Positions 25,075 to 34,306 are shown, counted from the first letter of the stretch. The stretch is 64,000 bases of DNA from an uncultured Methanomassiliicoccales archaeon (GCA_964396265.1 CAYNEM010000013.1:1681-65680), one strand, 5' to 3'. The notes: generated by a model not told the origin, from the letters alone. Translations and numbers: made by a program.

Positions 25075-26776
25075 GAATCTCCTCGCTCGATCTCGTGTTC
25101 ACGACGTCGGCTGTCTCAAGCCAGCCGCGCCGGGCCGTGCCGACCCCGAGCCTCATGTAGTCGAGCTGGTCCGTCGAGTGGCTGTCCGTGTCGATGATGA
25201 GCGCGACGCCGTGCTCCCTCGCGAGCCTCGCGTGTGCGCTGTTCAGGTCCGTGCGGTCCGGGTACGCGTTCACCTCGAGCACGGTTCCCGTGTCCGCGGC
25301 GACCTCCAGGATCCGCTCGATGTCGAGGGAGATGGGCTCGCGCTGGGCGATCTTGCGGGCGGTCGGGTGGGCGAGGATGTCCATGTGCGGGTTCTCCATC
25401 GCGCGGACGACGCGCTTCGTCATCGCCTCCTCGGACATGCGGAAGTTCGAGTGGATGGACGCGATGACGTAGTCCAGGCCCTGGAGCACGTCGTCCGGAT
25501 AGTCGAGCGTGCCGTCCGCGAGGATATCGCACTCCGTCCCCGCCAGAAGCTTGAGGTCGGGGCTCCGCGAACTGTACGCGCGGATGTGCGCGACGTGGAT
25601 CCGCAGGTTCTCCTCGGAGAGGCCGCCCGCGACGCGCAGGGACGGGCTGTGGTCGGAGATGCCGAGGTAGGCGTAGCCCTTCGAACGCGCGGCCGCCGCC
25701 ATCTCCTCGAGCGTGTTCACCCCGTCCGTGAGGTTCGTGTGCGCGTGCAGGTCGCCGCGGATGTCCGCAAGGGTGACGAGCTTCGGCAGCTCACCCTTCG
25801 TCGCCGCCTCGATCTCGCCGGCGTCCTCGCGCAGCTCCGGCTCGATGAACGGGAGTTCGAGGGCCCCGTAGATCTCCTCCTCCGTCCTCGCCGCCACGAG
25901 CTCCTCGGGCTCGCCCTCGCGGAACAACCCGTACTCGTTCAGCTTCAGCCCGCGCTTCTGTGCCATGGCGCGCAGCCTGATGTTGTGGTCCTTGCTCCCG
26001 GTGAAGTACTGGAGACCGGCACCCCACCGGTCGGGCTCGAGCACGCGAAGGTCCACCTGCAGGCCCTCTGCGATCACGACCGTCGACTTCGTGTCGCCCG
26101 TCGCGACGACCTCGCGGACAAACGGCATCGACGTGAACGCCTTCGTCACCGCTAACGGGTCCCGCGTCGTGACCAGGAGGTCGATGTCTCCGATCGTCTC
26201 TCTCATGCGGCGGAGGCTCCCGGCGTAGCTCGCTCGCTCCACGGGGGCATTCGCCCTCAGATGCGCGAGCACAAGCTCCGCGATCGGCAATGCGATGCCA
26301 AGGAGTTGGCGGCCCTGGGCCTGCTTCGCGACCTGGATGCCCCGGAGGATGTTCTGCTCCGTCTTCTCGCCGAACCCCTTCAGCCCCCGAAGCTTCCCGG
26401 ACTCTGCGGCCGTCCGCAGTTCTTCCAGGTTCGTGATCTTCAACTCGAAGTAAAGGCGGCGCGCCGTCTTCGGGCCGACGTCCCGTATGCGCATGATGTC
26501 CGTGACCCCCGGCGGGAACTCCGCTCGTAGCTTCTCGAGCACAGCGACCTTCCCCTCGGCGACGTACTGACGGACCTTCCCTGCGATCGCCTTCCCGATG
26601 CCCGGAACGCCTTCCAGTCCGCCCCGCCGCGCAATGTCCTCGATCTCCTCGCCCAGGCCCTCGATCGCGCGGGCCGCTCGACGGTAGGCAATCGGCCGGA
26701 AGCGGTCCTCGGGCTCGGACATCTCCAAGAGGTCGGCGATCTCATAGAGGACGGAGGCGACCTCCTCGTTCCGCAC
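25058..26776 (-). CDS. polX: Family X DNA polymerase with a C-terminal PHP domain
   Basis: HhH motifs ('GIGKAIAGKV', 'DVGPKTARRL'), nucleotidyltransferase 'IGDIDLLVTT', and PHP 'GDLHAHTNLTDG...ISDHS...DTDSH'. Confidence 0.9.
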   Translation of the reverse strand: MRNEEVASVLYEIADLLEMSEPEDRFRPIAYRRAARAIEGLGEEIEDIARRGGLEGVPGIGKAIAGKVRQYVAEGKVAVLEKLRAEFPPGVTDIMRIRDVGPKTARRLYFELKITNLEELRTAAESGKLRGLKGFGEKTEQNILRGIQVAKQAQGRQLLGIALPIAELVLAHLRANAPVERASYAGSLRRMRETIGDIDLLVTTRDPLAVTKAFTSMPFVREVVATGDTKSTVVIAEGLQVDLRVLEPDRWGAGLQYFTGSKDHNIRLRAMAQKRGLKLNEYGLFREGEPEELVAARTEEEIYGALELPFIEPELREDAGEIEAATKGELPKLVTLADIRGDLHAHTNLTDGVNTLEEMAAAARSKGYAYLGISDHSPSLRVAGGLSEENLRIHVAHIRAYSSRSPDLKLLAGTECDILADGTLDYPDDVLQGLDYVIASIHSNFRMSEEAMTKRVVRAMENPHMDILAHPTARKIAQREPISLDIERILEVAADTGTVLEVNAYPDRTDLNSAHARLAREHGVALIIDTDSHSTDQLDYMRLGVGTARRGWLETADVVNTRSSEEILSFFR

Positions 26777-26957
26777 GCCCGCGGAAGCCTCCCTCGCCTT
26801 ATTAGGGCTGGCGTGGCCCCGTCAAGGGAGCCGCGCACCTCGACTCCGCGGTGACAACCGTCGAGGTCCAACCGCCACCGCCTCGCGGACGCCCGTTATC
26901 ATCCACCGCCGCTGCGGCCGAAAAGCTATTCAACGGGAGACCTCGTGTCGCGCCCCG

Positions 26958-28472
26958 ATGGAAGTGAGGCGCGAGACCGGAATCCCCGAGGAATTGCTTC
27001 AGTTCTTTGCGTCCCCCGGCGGCCATTCGCTCATCGTGAAAGGTGCGGCCGGAACGGGCAAGACGACGTTTGCCCTGCAGCTTGCGGAGGAGCTTGGCGA
27101 GGACGCGCGCGCGTTCTACATGAGCATCCGCGTAAGCGACGCGAGCCTGTATCGCCAGTTCCCTTGGCTCGAGAACCAGAGGGAACGACTCAAGATCGCC
27201 GGGGAACGGGCGTCCCGGGCAGAGGGCACCCCCGCAGGCAAGGTCGACCGGACGGAGCTGCACAAGCTCGAGGGCCGCGTGGAGATGGGCCAGGAGGGGG
27301 ACGAATCGTACGGGAAGCACGGGGAGGGCGAGGCGGCGAGCGACTCCCTGATCTTCGACCTGGGCTCGGACCTCCCGGAGATCGACCTTGCGTACGACGA
27401 GGTCGAGCGCAACCTCCCGAAGCCGACCCTTGTGCTCGTGGACTCGATCGACGGGCTCAGCGAGCGGTACGGCATCGTGGCCAGCAAGTTGATCAACACC
27501 CTTCAGAGGGACCTCGTCGAGAAGGGGAACGCGCGCGTCGTGTACGTGCTCGAGAGCAGCGGGGAGACGCGACTCGACTACCTCGGAGACGGCGTCATCT
27601 CGTTCCGGAGCGAAGAGCACTCCGGACGGCGCCTGCGGAACATGACGATCGAGAAGCTCCGGGGCACGGAGATCCGCCAGCACCGCTACATCTACACCCT
27701 CAAGGACGGGCGGATCCTCGCATTCACGAACCGGCTCCCGATGCCGGCCGCGAGGTCGAGCCCGTGGGTGGCCGTCCCGGACTTGGCCGACGGGTCCGCC
27801 TCCTGGGGGTACGAGGCGCTCGACCGCATCGCGGGCGGGCTTCGCGCCGGCGCCATGGTCGCGCTCGAGATCGATGCGGACGTCCCGCGCGTGCACGTGG
27901 ACGCGATCAAGGCCGGCATCCTCTGCAACTTCGCCGCTCTCGGCCGAGGCGTCGCGTATGTGCCCGCGCAGAAGTCCTCCGCGGAACTCGTGCGGGACTG
28001 GCTCGGTCCGTACGTGTCAGAGGCGGATTTCGACGACCGCGTCCGCGTCTTCGAGTCCTCGCCCCTCGGAACGCTCGAGGGGGGCAAGAACGCCCTGCAC
28101 ATGGAGGGCTCGAACGTCGACGCGGACATGAAGTGGAGCAATGTCGAGTACCGCCTCCCGGGGAGCAAGCATCCGTTCCTCTCCTTCGTCGCCTTCGACA
28201 CGCTCGAGTCCGTGTACGGCGAGGACGTGTTCGACCAGATGACGGGACACCTGTCTTCGGTCCGCCGCAGCAGGGACCTCTTCATCGGCCACGTGAGCCC
28301 GATGACGAAGAGCACGCAGAAACTCGCGAACCTTGCGCACGTCCACCTTCGCGTCCAGAACGTGAACGGCTCGATCCTCCTCTTCGGCCAGAAACCCTTC
28401 ACGGAGCTGTTCAGCCTGGGCCTCGCATACCCGCGGGGCGTGCCGAACATCGTCCTCACCCCCATCGTATAG
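26958..28472 (+). CDS. Two-module KaiC/GvpD/RecA-superfamily ATPase (canonical first P-loop, P-loop-less second module)
   Basis: 'GHSLIVKGAAGTGKTTFALQLAEEL', 'LVLVDSIDGL' and 'RRLRNMTIEKLRGTE' in module 1. Module 2 has 'GYEALDRIAGGLRAGAMVALEID' without GK[ST]. Confidence 0.75.
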   Translation: MEVRRETGIPEELLQFFASPGGHSLIVKGAAGTGKTTFALQLAEELGEDARAFYMSIRVSDASLYRQFPWLENQRERLKIAGERASRAEGTPAGKVDRTELHKLEGRVEMGQEGDESYGKHGEGEAASDSLIFDLGSDLPEIDLAYDEVERNLPKPTLVLVDSIDGLSERYGIVASKLINTLQRDLVEKGNARVVYVLESSGETRLDYLGDGVISFRSEEHSGRRLRNMTIEKLRGTEIRQHRYIYTLKDGRILAFTNRLPMPAARSSPWVAVPDLADGSASWGYEALDRIAGGLRAGAMVALEIDADVPRVHVDAIKAGILCNFAALGRGVAYVPAQKSSAELVRDWLGPYVSEADFDDRVRVFESSPLGTLEGGKNALHMEGSNVDADMKWSNVEYRLPGSKHPFLSFVAFDTLESVYGEDVFDQMTGHLSSVRRSRDLFIGHVSPMTKSTQKLANLAHVHLRVQNVNGSILLFGQKPFTELFSLGLAYPRGVPNIVLTPIV

Positions 28473-28538
28473 GATTCAGTTTCACCGCCGATACTGGGGT
28501 CGATAACGCTTTAAGAACTGCTCATCATCGAACGCCAG

Positions 28539-28883
28539 ATGCGGGAGAAAGATATTTCCAAGCTTCTCACGGATGAGTATTCGGAGCGCATCCTCGTGGC
28601 CACGCAGATGAACCCGAAGTCCGTGCAGGAGATCAGCGACAAGTTCGACATCCCCATCGCCGCCTGCTACCGCAAGATCCACGAGCTCGAGGCCGCCGGG
28701 TTCCTGCGCTGCGCGCAGATCGTCACGACCGCGAAGGGCAAGACGATGAAGCTCTACGGATCCCTCTTGAAATCGGCGCATCTCGTCTACGAGGCGGGCG
28801 TGTTCCGCGTGAAGTTCGAGTTCGACTACGACAAGGACATCAACGGGAAATGGATCGAACTCAACGCCGCACCTGCGGCGTGA
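28539..28883 (+). CDS. Winged-helix (ArsR/TrmB-like) transcriptional regulator
   Basis: 'SKLLTDEYSERILVATQMNPKSVQEISDKFDIPIAACYRKIHELEAAGFL'. Confidence 0.7.
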   Translation: MREKDISKLLTDEYSERILVATQMNPKSVQEISDKFDIPIAACYRKIHELEAAGFLRCAQIVTTAKGKTMKLYGSLLKSAHLVYEAGVFRVKFEFDYDKDINGKWIELNAAPAA

Positions 28884-28940
28884 GAATCATCCCGGGTAGC
28901 GATTCACACGGCTGAGAATCACGGCGGATATTTTATATAG
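28881..28940 (+). promoter_or_regulatory. Direct repeats TGAGAATCA (x2, 32 bp apart) followed by a TATA box
   Basis: TGAGAATCA occurs at 28881-28889 and 28913-28921. TTTATATA at 28932-28939 ends 27 nt before ATG 28966, consistent with a leaderless or short-leader transcript. Confidence 0.5.
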
Positions 28941-28965
28941 AGCAGACACCCCTGAAGATGGCTAC

Positions 28966-29370
28966 ATGGGGTTCGAAGGCGTGGAGAACAACGGGTTCGA
29001 GGGCGTGGGCACCGAGAACGACATGAGTCCGCTTCAGGCCTCGCAGCTCCTGACGGACGAGTACTCCGCGAAGATCCTGCTCGCGACGTACAAGCGCCGC
29101 ATCAGCGCCCAGGAGATCAGCCAGAGGTACGGGATCCCGATCGCGGCCTGCTACCGCAAGATCCGGACGCTGGAAGAGGCGGGCCTCATCCAGTGCGTCG
29201 ACCGCATCCTGACGCAGAAGGGGAAGCGGAAGAACCTGTACACGTCGAACCTGAGGAACGCCTACATCTTCTTCGAGGGCGGCCGCCTCCGCGCGCGGTT
29301 CCAGCTCGCCACGGGCGTCGTGAAGGACTTTGGCGGCGATTGGAACGGCATGGACCTGCTGAGGCAATAG
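28966..29370 (+). CDS. Winged-helix regulator, tandem paralog of 28539..28883
   Basis: 'SQLLTDEYSAKILLATYKRRISAQEISQRYGIPIAACYRKIRTLEEAGLI' aligns nearly residue for residue with the upstream gene. Confidence 0.7.
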   Translation: MGFEGVENNGFEGVGTENDMSPLQASQLLTDEYSAKILLATYKRRISAQEISQRYGIPIAACYRKIRTLEEAGLIQCVDRILTQKGKRKNLYTSNLRNAYIFFEGGRLRARFQLATGVVKDFGGDWNGMDLLRQ

Positions 29371-29651
29371 GTCCGAGCGCCGCCGCAGGGGTCCGCCCGG
29401 GACCATTCTCAGGGCGGATACTCGTCTCCGCGGGTTTATGTCATTGGGAGACCCGGATACAGCGTCATGAGAATCCGGCTTCACAAGATCCTGAACGAGG
29501 GTCGGAGCGTGCGATTTGAGAAATCCGACGACGACGAAGTTCTCGACCTGAACGTCATCGTGTTTCGAGAGAAGACGGGCTCCCGCCAGAAGTCGGAATA
29601 GGGTTTTCCGCCCCGAGCATGTTGCACGATCCGCGCGTCCCGCTGTCGTCA

Positions 29652-29912
29652 TCACGAGGGGACGCGCGTCCAGCGAAGGTGCAGCCCGGCGAGCAAGAGG
29701 CCTGTGCCGAGGAACGCGGCAGCGTACGCCGCCCACGTCGCCTCCTTCAGTAACAGGGGAAATAGGAGCGCCATCACGTAGGTGCCGGAGCCGAGAGCGA
29801 GGAGGGGCGCGTGCTTCGTTGGGGCGAGGTGGGGGCCACGGCTCCTTACGAGTCGTGTCCGCGAGAGCCCGTTGATGCGTCCCGGCCCGGCTGCCGACGT
29901 GGGACTCGCCAT
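29652..29912 (-). CDS. Possible small 2-TM membrane protein
   Basis: Two hydrophobic helices ('YVMALLFPLLL', 'AAFLGTGLLLAGL'). No other support. Confidence 0.3.
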   Translation of the reverse strand: MASPTSAAGPGRINGLSRTRLVRSRGPHLAPTKHAPLLALGSGTYVMALLFPLLLKEATWAAYAAAFLGTGLLLAGLHLRWTRVPS

Positions 29913-29972
29913 AGCCCCGACGCAGAGCGATGGCCATAAGTCCCTTGCGGGCCCGTTATCACCGCCGGACGG

Positions 29973-30542
29973 TCAGGCCCTCTCCACGAGGTGACCGTCG
30001 ACCACGTCGACCTTGAGAAGCGTGCGGATGGACACGCCCAGCTCCCGCTCCAAGGCCTCTCTCTCCCGGGTCTTCTCGAACACGACGATCACCTCGACGA
30101 GGTCCGCGCCGATGTGCCGGAGCGCCTGGACGACCGCGCGCAGGGTGCCGCCGGTGGAGATTACGTCGTCCACGAAGATGATCCGGTCTCCGGCGTGCAC
30201 GTTGTTGATGAAGAGATTCGCCCGGCCGTACCCCGTCACCTGGGCCACGCTGACCTCCCCGGGCAGGCCGTACTGACGCTTGCGAAAGAAGACGTATGGC
30301 TTCCGGACCCGGAGGGACACCGCGGCCGCGAGGGGGAAGCCCATCGATTCCGCGGTGGCGATCTTGTCGCACTGGGACCAACGACCCATGCGGACGATGG
30401 CGTCGACGACCTCCTCGAGGACCTCGGGCCGGCCGAGCGGGATCCCGTCCGTGATCGAGTGGACGAAGTACGGATAGCCTCCGAAGTCGACGATGGGGGA
30501 ATCCGCGAGGCTCGCCCTCAACCGGTCCAGGGCCAAGCTCAC
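29973..30542 (-). CDS. hpt: Type I purine phosphoribosyltransferase (archaeal Hpt-like)
   Basis: PRPP-binding loop 'RIIFVDDVISTGGTLRA'. 'YPYFVHSITDGIP' is typical of the archaeal Hpt/Apt-like family. GTG start overlaps the mtaD stop. Confidence 0.8.
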   Translation of the reverse strand: MSLALDRLRASLADSPIVDFGGYPYFVHSITDGIPLGRPEVLEEVVDAIVRMGRWSQCDKIATAESMGFPLAAAVSLRVRKPYVFFRKRQYGLPGEVSVAQVTGYGRANLFINNVHAGDRIIFVDDVISTGGTLRAVVQALRHIGADLVEVIVVFEKTREREALERELGVSIRTLLKVDVVDGHLVERA

Positions 30543-31798
30543 ATCCCCCGCACGAGGTCCGCCGCCACCTTCGAAGCGCGGTCCAGGATCGCCGATTCAC
30601 CAGGGACCTTGCGATGCTCCATGAGGACCCGGCCGTCGCAGATCACGGTGTCGACGCAGTCCCCCGTGGCGGCGTAGACCGCGTTCGACACGAGGCTGTG
30701 CGTCGGGGTCATCTCGGGCCGCCGGATGTCGAGGAGGATCAGGTCCGCAAGCTTCCCCTCGGCGATCTCCCCCGCGTCGAGGCCGAGCGCGCGGGCACCG
30801 CCGAGCGTCGCAAGGTCGAACACCTCTCGTGCCGCGGCCACCGTCGGTTCGCCGGTTGCGAACTTGTGGAGCAGGGCCGCCGTCTTCATCGTCTGGAACA
30901 TGTCGAGGCTGTTGTTCGAGGCGGCGCCGTCCGTGCCCAGGGAGACCGTGACGCCCGCGGCGCGCATGGGTTCGAGGGGCATCGCGCGGGCGACGCCCAG
31001 CTTCATGTTCGACACCGGGCAATGCGCGACCTTGACGCCGCGCTGGGAGAGCGTCCGAATCTCCGCGTCGTCGAGCCACACGGAGTGCGCCGCGACCACG
31101 TTCGGGCCGAGGACGCCGATGGATTCGAGATACTGCACGGGCGTCTTCCCATGGTCCTCCTTGGCCTCATCGACCTCCTGCTTCGTCTCGCTCACGTGGA
31201 TGTGGTACAGGCAGCCACGCGCGTCGGCGAGGTCCTTCAGGGCCCGCAGGGATTCCTGCGAGACCGTGTAGATCGCGTGCGGCCCGACCGCAGGGACGAC
31301 GCGCTTCGATCCGATGGCGGCGATCTTGGCCATGACCGCTTCGTTCTCCTTGAGGAGAGTCTCCCCGCGCGTCGCGTCGAGGAGGTCGATGAACCCCTCG
31401 CTGAGAAAGGCGCGCATGCCCATCTCGTCCACCGCCTGCGCGGCACGGTCCATGTGGAAGTACATGTCGTTGAAGCACGTCGTGCCCGTCTTGATCATCT
31501 CCAGGCACGCGAGTTTCGTACCCCAGTAGATCGCGTCCGGCGTGATCCGGCCCTCGACCGGCCAGACCTTCTCCGTGAGCCAGTCGTGGAGCTCCATGTC
31601 GTCCGCGTACCCCCGGAGGAGCGTCATCGCCCCGTGAGTGTGTGTGTTCACGAGCCCGGGGAGGAGGACCATCCCGCGGCCGTCGATCGTGACGTCCGCC
31701 TCCCGTGCCCGCCCGATCTCCGTGATCCGATCGTCCTCGACGTACACGGACGCCATTCGACCGTCTAGAAGGAGGGCGTCGTGGATCGCGAGGCTCAC
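30539..31798 (-). CDS. mtaD: 5-methylthioadenosine/S-adenosylhomocysteine deaminase (amidohydrolase)
   Basis: 'LLPGLVNTHTHGAMTLLRGYADD', 'HVSET', 'AHSVWL' and 'LGTDGAASNNSLDM'. GTG at 31798 gives 420 aa. The longer track ORF runs out of frame across mtnP. Confidence 0.85.
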   Translation of the reverse strand: MSLAIHDALLLDGRMASVYVEDDRITEIGRAREADVTIDGRGMVLLPGLVNTHTHGAMTLLRGYADDMELHDWLTEKVWPVEGRITPDAIYWGTKLACLEMIKTGTTCFNDMYFHMDRAAQAVDEMGMRAFLSEGFIDLLDATRGETLLKENEAVMAKIAAIGSKRVVPAVGPHAIYTVSQESLRALKDLADARGCLYHIHVSETKQEVDEAKEDHGKTPVQYLESIGVLGPNVVAAHSVWLDDAEIRTLSQRGVKVAHCPVSNMKLGVARAMPLEPMRAAGVTVSLGTDGAASNNSLDMFQTMKTAALLHKFATGEPTVAAAREVFDLATLGGARALGLDAGEIAEGKLADLILLDIRRPEMTPTHSLVSNAVYAATGDCVDTVICDGRVLMEHRKVPGESAILDRASKVAADLVRGM

Positions 31799-31821
31799 GG
31801 GCCGCCGATGCCCGGCATCCC

Positions 31822-32601
31822 CTAAACCTTTTTGGCGGCGAGGTCGCGCAGTACGTCCGGGAGGAGCGCCGCTACCTTGTCCGCGTTCCTCTTGGCTCCC
31901 TTGCGGATCTCCTCGTAGGACAGGGATTTCGCCGCGATCCCATGCGCGTAGTTGTCGACCGTGCACAGGCACGCGTACCCGAGGCCCGCCTCCGCCGCCA
32001 GCGTCGCCTCCGAGGCCATCGTCATCCCCACCAGGTCCGCGTAGTCCGCCAGCATCCGGATCTCCGCCTTCGTCTCGAGGCGCGGGCCGCGGGTCTGCGC
32101 GTACACGGCACGCGCGCGAGGCGAGAAGCCGGACCGCTTCGCCGCCGCCAGCAGGACCTTCCGTGCGGGTTCGTCGAGCGCCGGCGTCGCGTGAACGACC
32201 TTGTCGTCGAAGAACGTGGGAAGGTCCGAGAGGCACAGATAGTCGTGCGGCACCGCCAACGAGCCGGGGCGCAGGTCTCTTCGCAGGCTGCCCACGGAGG
32301 AGAGAGCGACGATGCGTCGCACCCCGAGCTCGCGGAGCGCCCACACGTTCGCGCGGTGATTGATACGGTGCGGTGGGATCGCGTGCCCGGGGCCGTGCCG
32401 CATCAGGAACGCGACCTCGGCGGGACCGACGCGACCGACCCGGATCGCGCCCGATGTAGCGCCGTAGGGCGTGTCGATCGCCGCCTCCGAGGCATCCTTC
32501 AGGTCGTCCAGCCCCTCGACCCCGGAACCGCCGATCAACGCAAGGCGCGGGCGCACGGCGGGATACAAGGGGCGGTTTCGATAAACGTATCGCGCGGTCA
32601 T
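31822..32601 (-). CDS. mtnP: Methylthioadenosine/methylthioinosine phosphorylase (PNP/MTAP family)
   Basis: 'LALIGGSGV', 'FLMRHGPGHAIPPHRINHRANVWAL', 'RGPRLETKAEIRM', 'VGMTMASE' and 'CTVDNYA'. Confidence 0.85.
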   Translation of the reverse strand: MTARYVYRNRPLYPAVRPRLALIGGSGVEGLDDLKDASEAAIDTPYGATSGAIRVGRVGPAEVAFLMRHGPGHAIPPHRINHRANVWALRELGVRRIVALSSVGSLRRDLRPGSLAVPHDYLCLSDLPTFFDDKVVHATPALDEPARKVLLAAAKRSGFSPRARAVYAQTRGPRLETKAEIRMLADYADLVGMTMASEATLAAEAGLGYACLCTVDNYAHGIAAKSLSYEEIRKGAKRNADKVAALLPDVLRDLAAKKV

Positions 32602-32708
32602 TCAGCCTCCCACCCGGTGCTACTCGCTATCGATTCCGATATTGAGCGCAACACGTATATGAGCGGTCGAGCGGCCTCTCGTAAGCGCACGCCTGCCACA
32701 GGCTTCCC

Positions 32709-33227
32709 ATGGAGAAACACGCCGCTGCCGACGAGGACGAGCTGTTCCGTCAGCTGGCGTTCGGCGAGCCGCCGCGGCTCGAGGGCGGCCGCTCGTATCT
32801 CGTAAAGGAGCGGAAGCCCGGGAGGGCGTGGGAACTGTTCGACCGGATGCTCAACGAGGGGTACGAGGGCCTGTACGTGACGCGTCAGCATCCGAACCAT
32901 GTGGAGAACGCGCACGGGCCGAGGACGTTGAAGGTCGTGTGGCTGTCGACGACGCTCGGGCGGGACTACGTGGACCCTCACAACCTGAGCGCGCTCACGA
33001 ACCTGATCAACGGGTTCATCGAGTCCTCGAGACGCGCGATCATCCTGATCGACGGGCTCGAATACATGAGGCTCAACAACGATGCCGACCGGGTCCTCAA
33101 GTTCCTCGAGTACCTCGACGAGATCGTGATGCACCGACAGGGCATCCTGATCCTGTCCCTCGACGCGCGCGCGTTCGATGCGAGGGAGCTGGCCTTCATT
33201 GAGCGGAACAGCGTCGTGCTCGAGTGA
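32709..33227 (+). CDS. DUF835 protein (P-loop-less KaiC-related module)
   Basis: 'GRSYLVKERKPGRAWELF...GLYVTRQHP...VVWLST...ALTNLINGFIE...IILIDGLEYM...VLKFLEYLDE' follows the DUF835 consensus. Confidence 0.85.
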   Translation: MEKHAAADEDELFRQLAFGEPPRLEGGRSYLVKERKPGRAWELFDRMLNEGYEGLYVTRQHPNHVENAHGPRTLKVVWLSTTLGRDYVDPHNLSALTNLINGFIESSRRAIILIDGLEYMRLNNDADRVLKFLEYLDEIVMHRQGILILSLDARAFDARELAFIERNSVVLE

Positions 33228-33604
33228 TCGATAGCCTGAAGGGGCGCAAGAAGAGCATGTCGTTCGAGCGCCTCGCGCAGGCGGGATCCAAGCCGGTGAA
33301 TTTCCGGGCCCTCGAAGGCACCAATAAGGCCAGGTGCACCCAAGCGTAGTGAGCCTGCAGGGACCGGTGTTTGAGCAACCGTCCCCGGATTCCGACCCGG
33401 CCTCGGAAAGGTTTCCGATCGTCCCTTGTCGGGCAAGTCCGATTGAATCAATCTCGATGACGACGGCGCCAAGCTTACCGACGCGGATCGGTCCGGGCTT
33501 GACCATCCCGGAGGATTTCACCGCTTTCTTGGAGGGCCTCTCCCGCCATTGGCGGCGTTGTCGCGGATCCCGTTCTCGAGTTCCGCCTGGGGCTCCGAAG
33601 TACC

Positions 33605-34306
33605 TCACGAGATGAGGTCCGTCACGCGGAATCCGTGGTCGAACACGAGGGCGTGGTACCCGGTGTCGTGACGCGCGCCCCTCATCTTCACCACGCGGAT
33701 CCTGCGCTGCACCTCGAAGTCCCCGCGCTGTTCGAGGCTGAGGTGGAGGATGCCGTCCGCGAGGTAGTCCTCCCGGTGCTTCCCGAACGCCTGCGGGGCG
33801 TGGCCCTTCGCGTTCGAAGGGAGTTCGCCGATGACGAACGAGGTGCAGGCGAGCCCTCGCAGCCACTTGAACAACTCCAGCACGTCCTTCCGGTAGTTCT
33901 GGAACCTTGCGAGGACCTCGAGCGCGTCGAGCGAGTCCAGCACGAGCGTCTCGTAAGGGAAGCCCACGCGCACGCTCTGCGTGTACATCTTGAACAGGTC
34001 CACCCACGAACCCTCGTCCGCCAATTTCTTGCGGAGGGCGGCGAGGTCCAGGATGCTCAGCGCATTCCCCAGCATCGCGGGGTCGAACCCCAGGCTCTCC
34101 GCATGGTCCGCAAGGCTCGCGCGGCTCTGCTCCAGGCTCACGTATAGGCCCTTCGTCCCGCGGATGGCGTTCTCGTACAGGACGGAATACGCGAGGGACG
34201 TCTTCATCGTCCCCGGCGCGCCCGCGAGCAGGACGACGTGGCCCGCGGGGATGCCTCCGCCCAGGATGCGATCGAGTTCCTCCGTGTGCGTCTTCAGTTT
34301 CTTCAT
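33605..34306 (-). CDS. KaiC-like ATPase, single module (last gene of the operon)
   Basis: 233 aa from ATG 34306 with GGAGG upstream. 'LDRILGGGIPAGHVVLLAGAPGTMKTSLA', 'LVLDSLDAL' and 'RRIRVVKMRGARHD'. The rest of track ORF 33605..36148 is out-of-frame shadow. Confidence 0.9.
   Translation of the reverse strand: MKKLKTHTEELDRILGGGIPAGHVVLLAGAPGTMKTSLAYSVLYENAIRGTKGLYVSLEQSRASLADHAESLGFDPAMLGNALSILDLAALRKKLADEGSWVDLFKMYTQSVRVGFPYETLVLDSLDALEVLARFQNYRKDVLELFKWLRGLACTSFVIGELPSNAKGHAPQAFGKHREDYLADGILHLSLEQRGDFEVQRRIRVVKMRGARHDTGYHALVFDHGFRVTDLIS

Noticed and set aside
33228-33604. 377-nt convergent intergenic region between DUF835 and the operon end, checked for ncRNA genes and small ORFs (33334..33615+, 32978..33472-).
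   Set aside because: No conserved RNA motifs were recognised. The ORFs overlap neighbouring genes or have low-complexity translations. The shared 10-mer CAAGTCCGAT with region 12571-12580 did not extend into a longer alignment.
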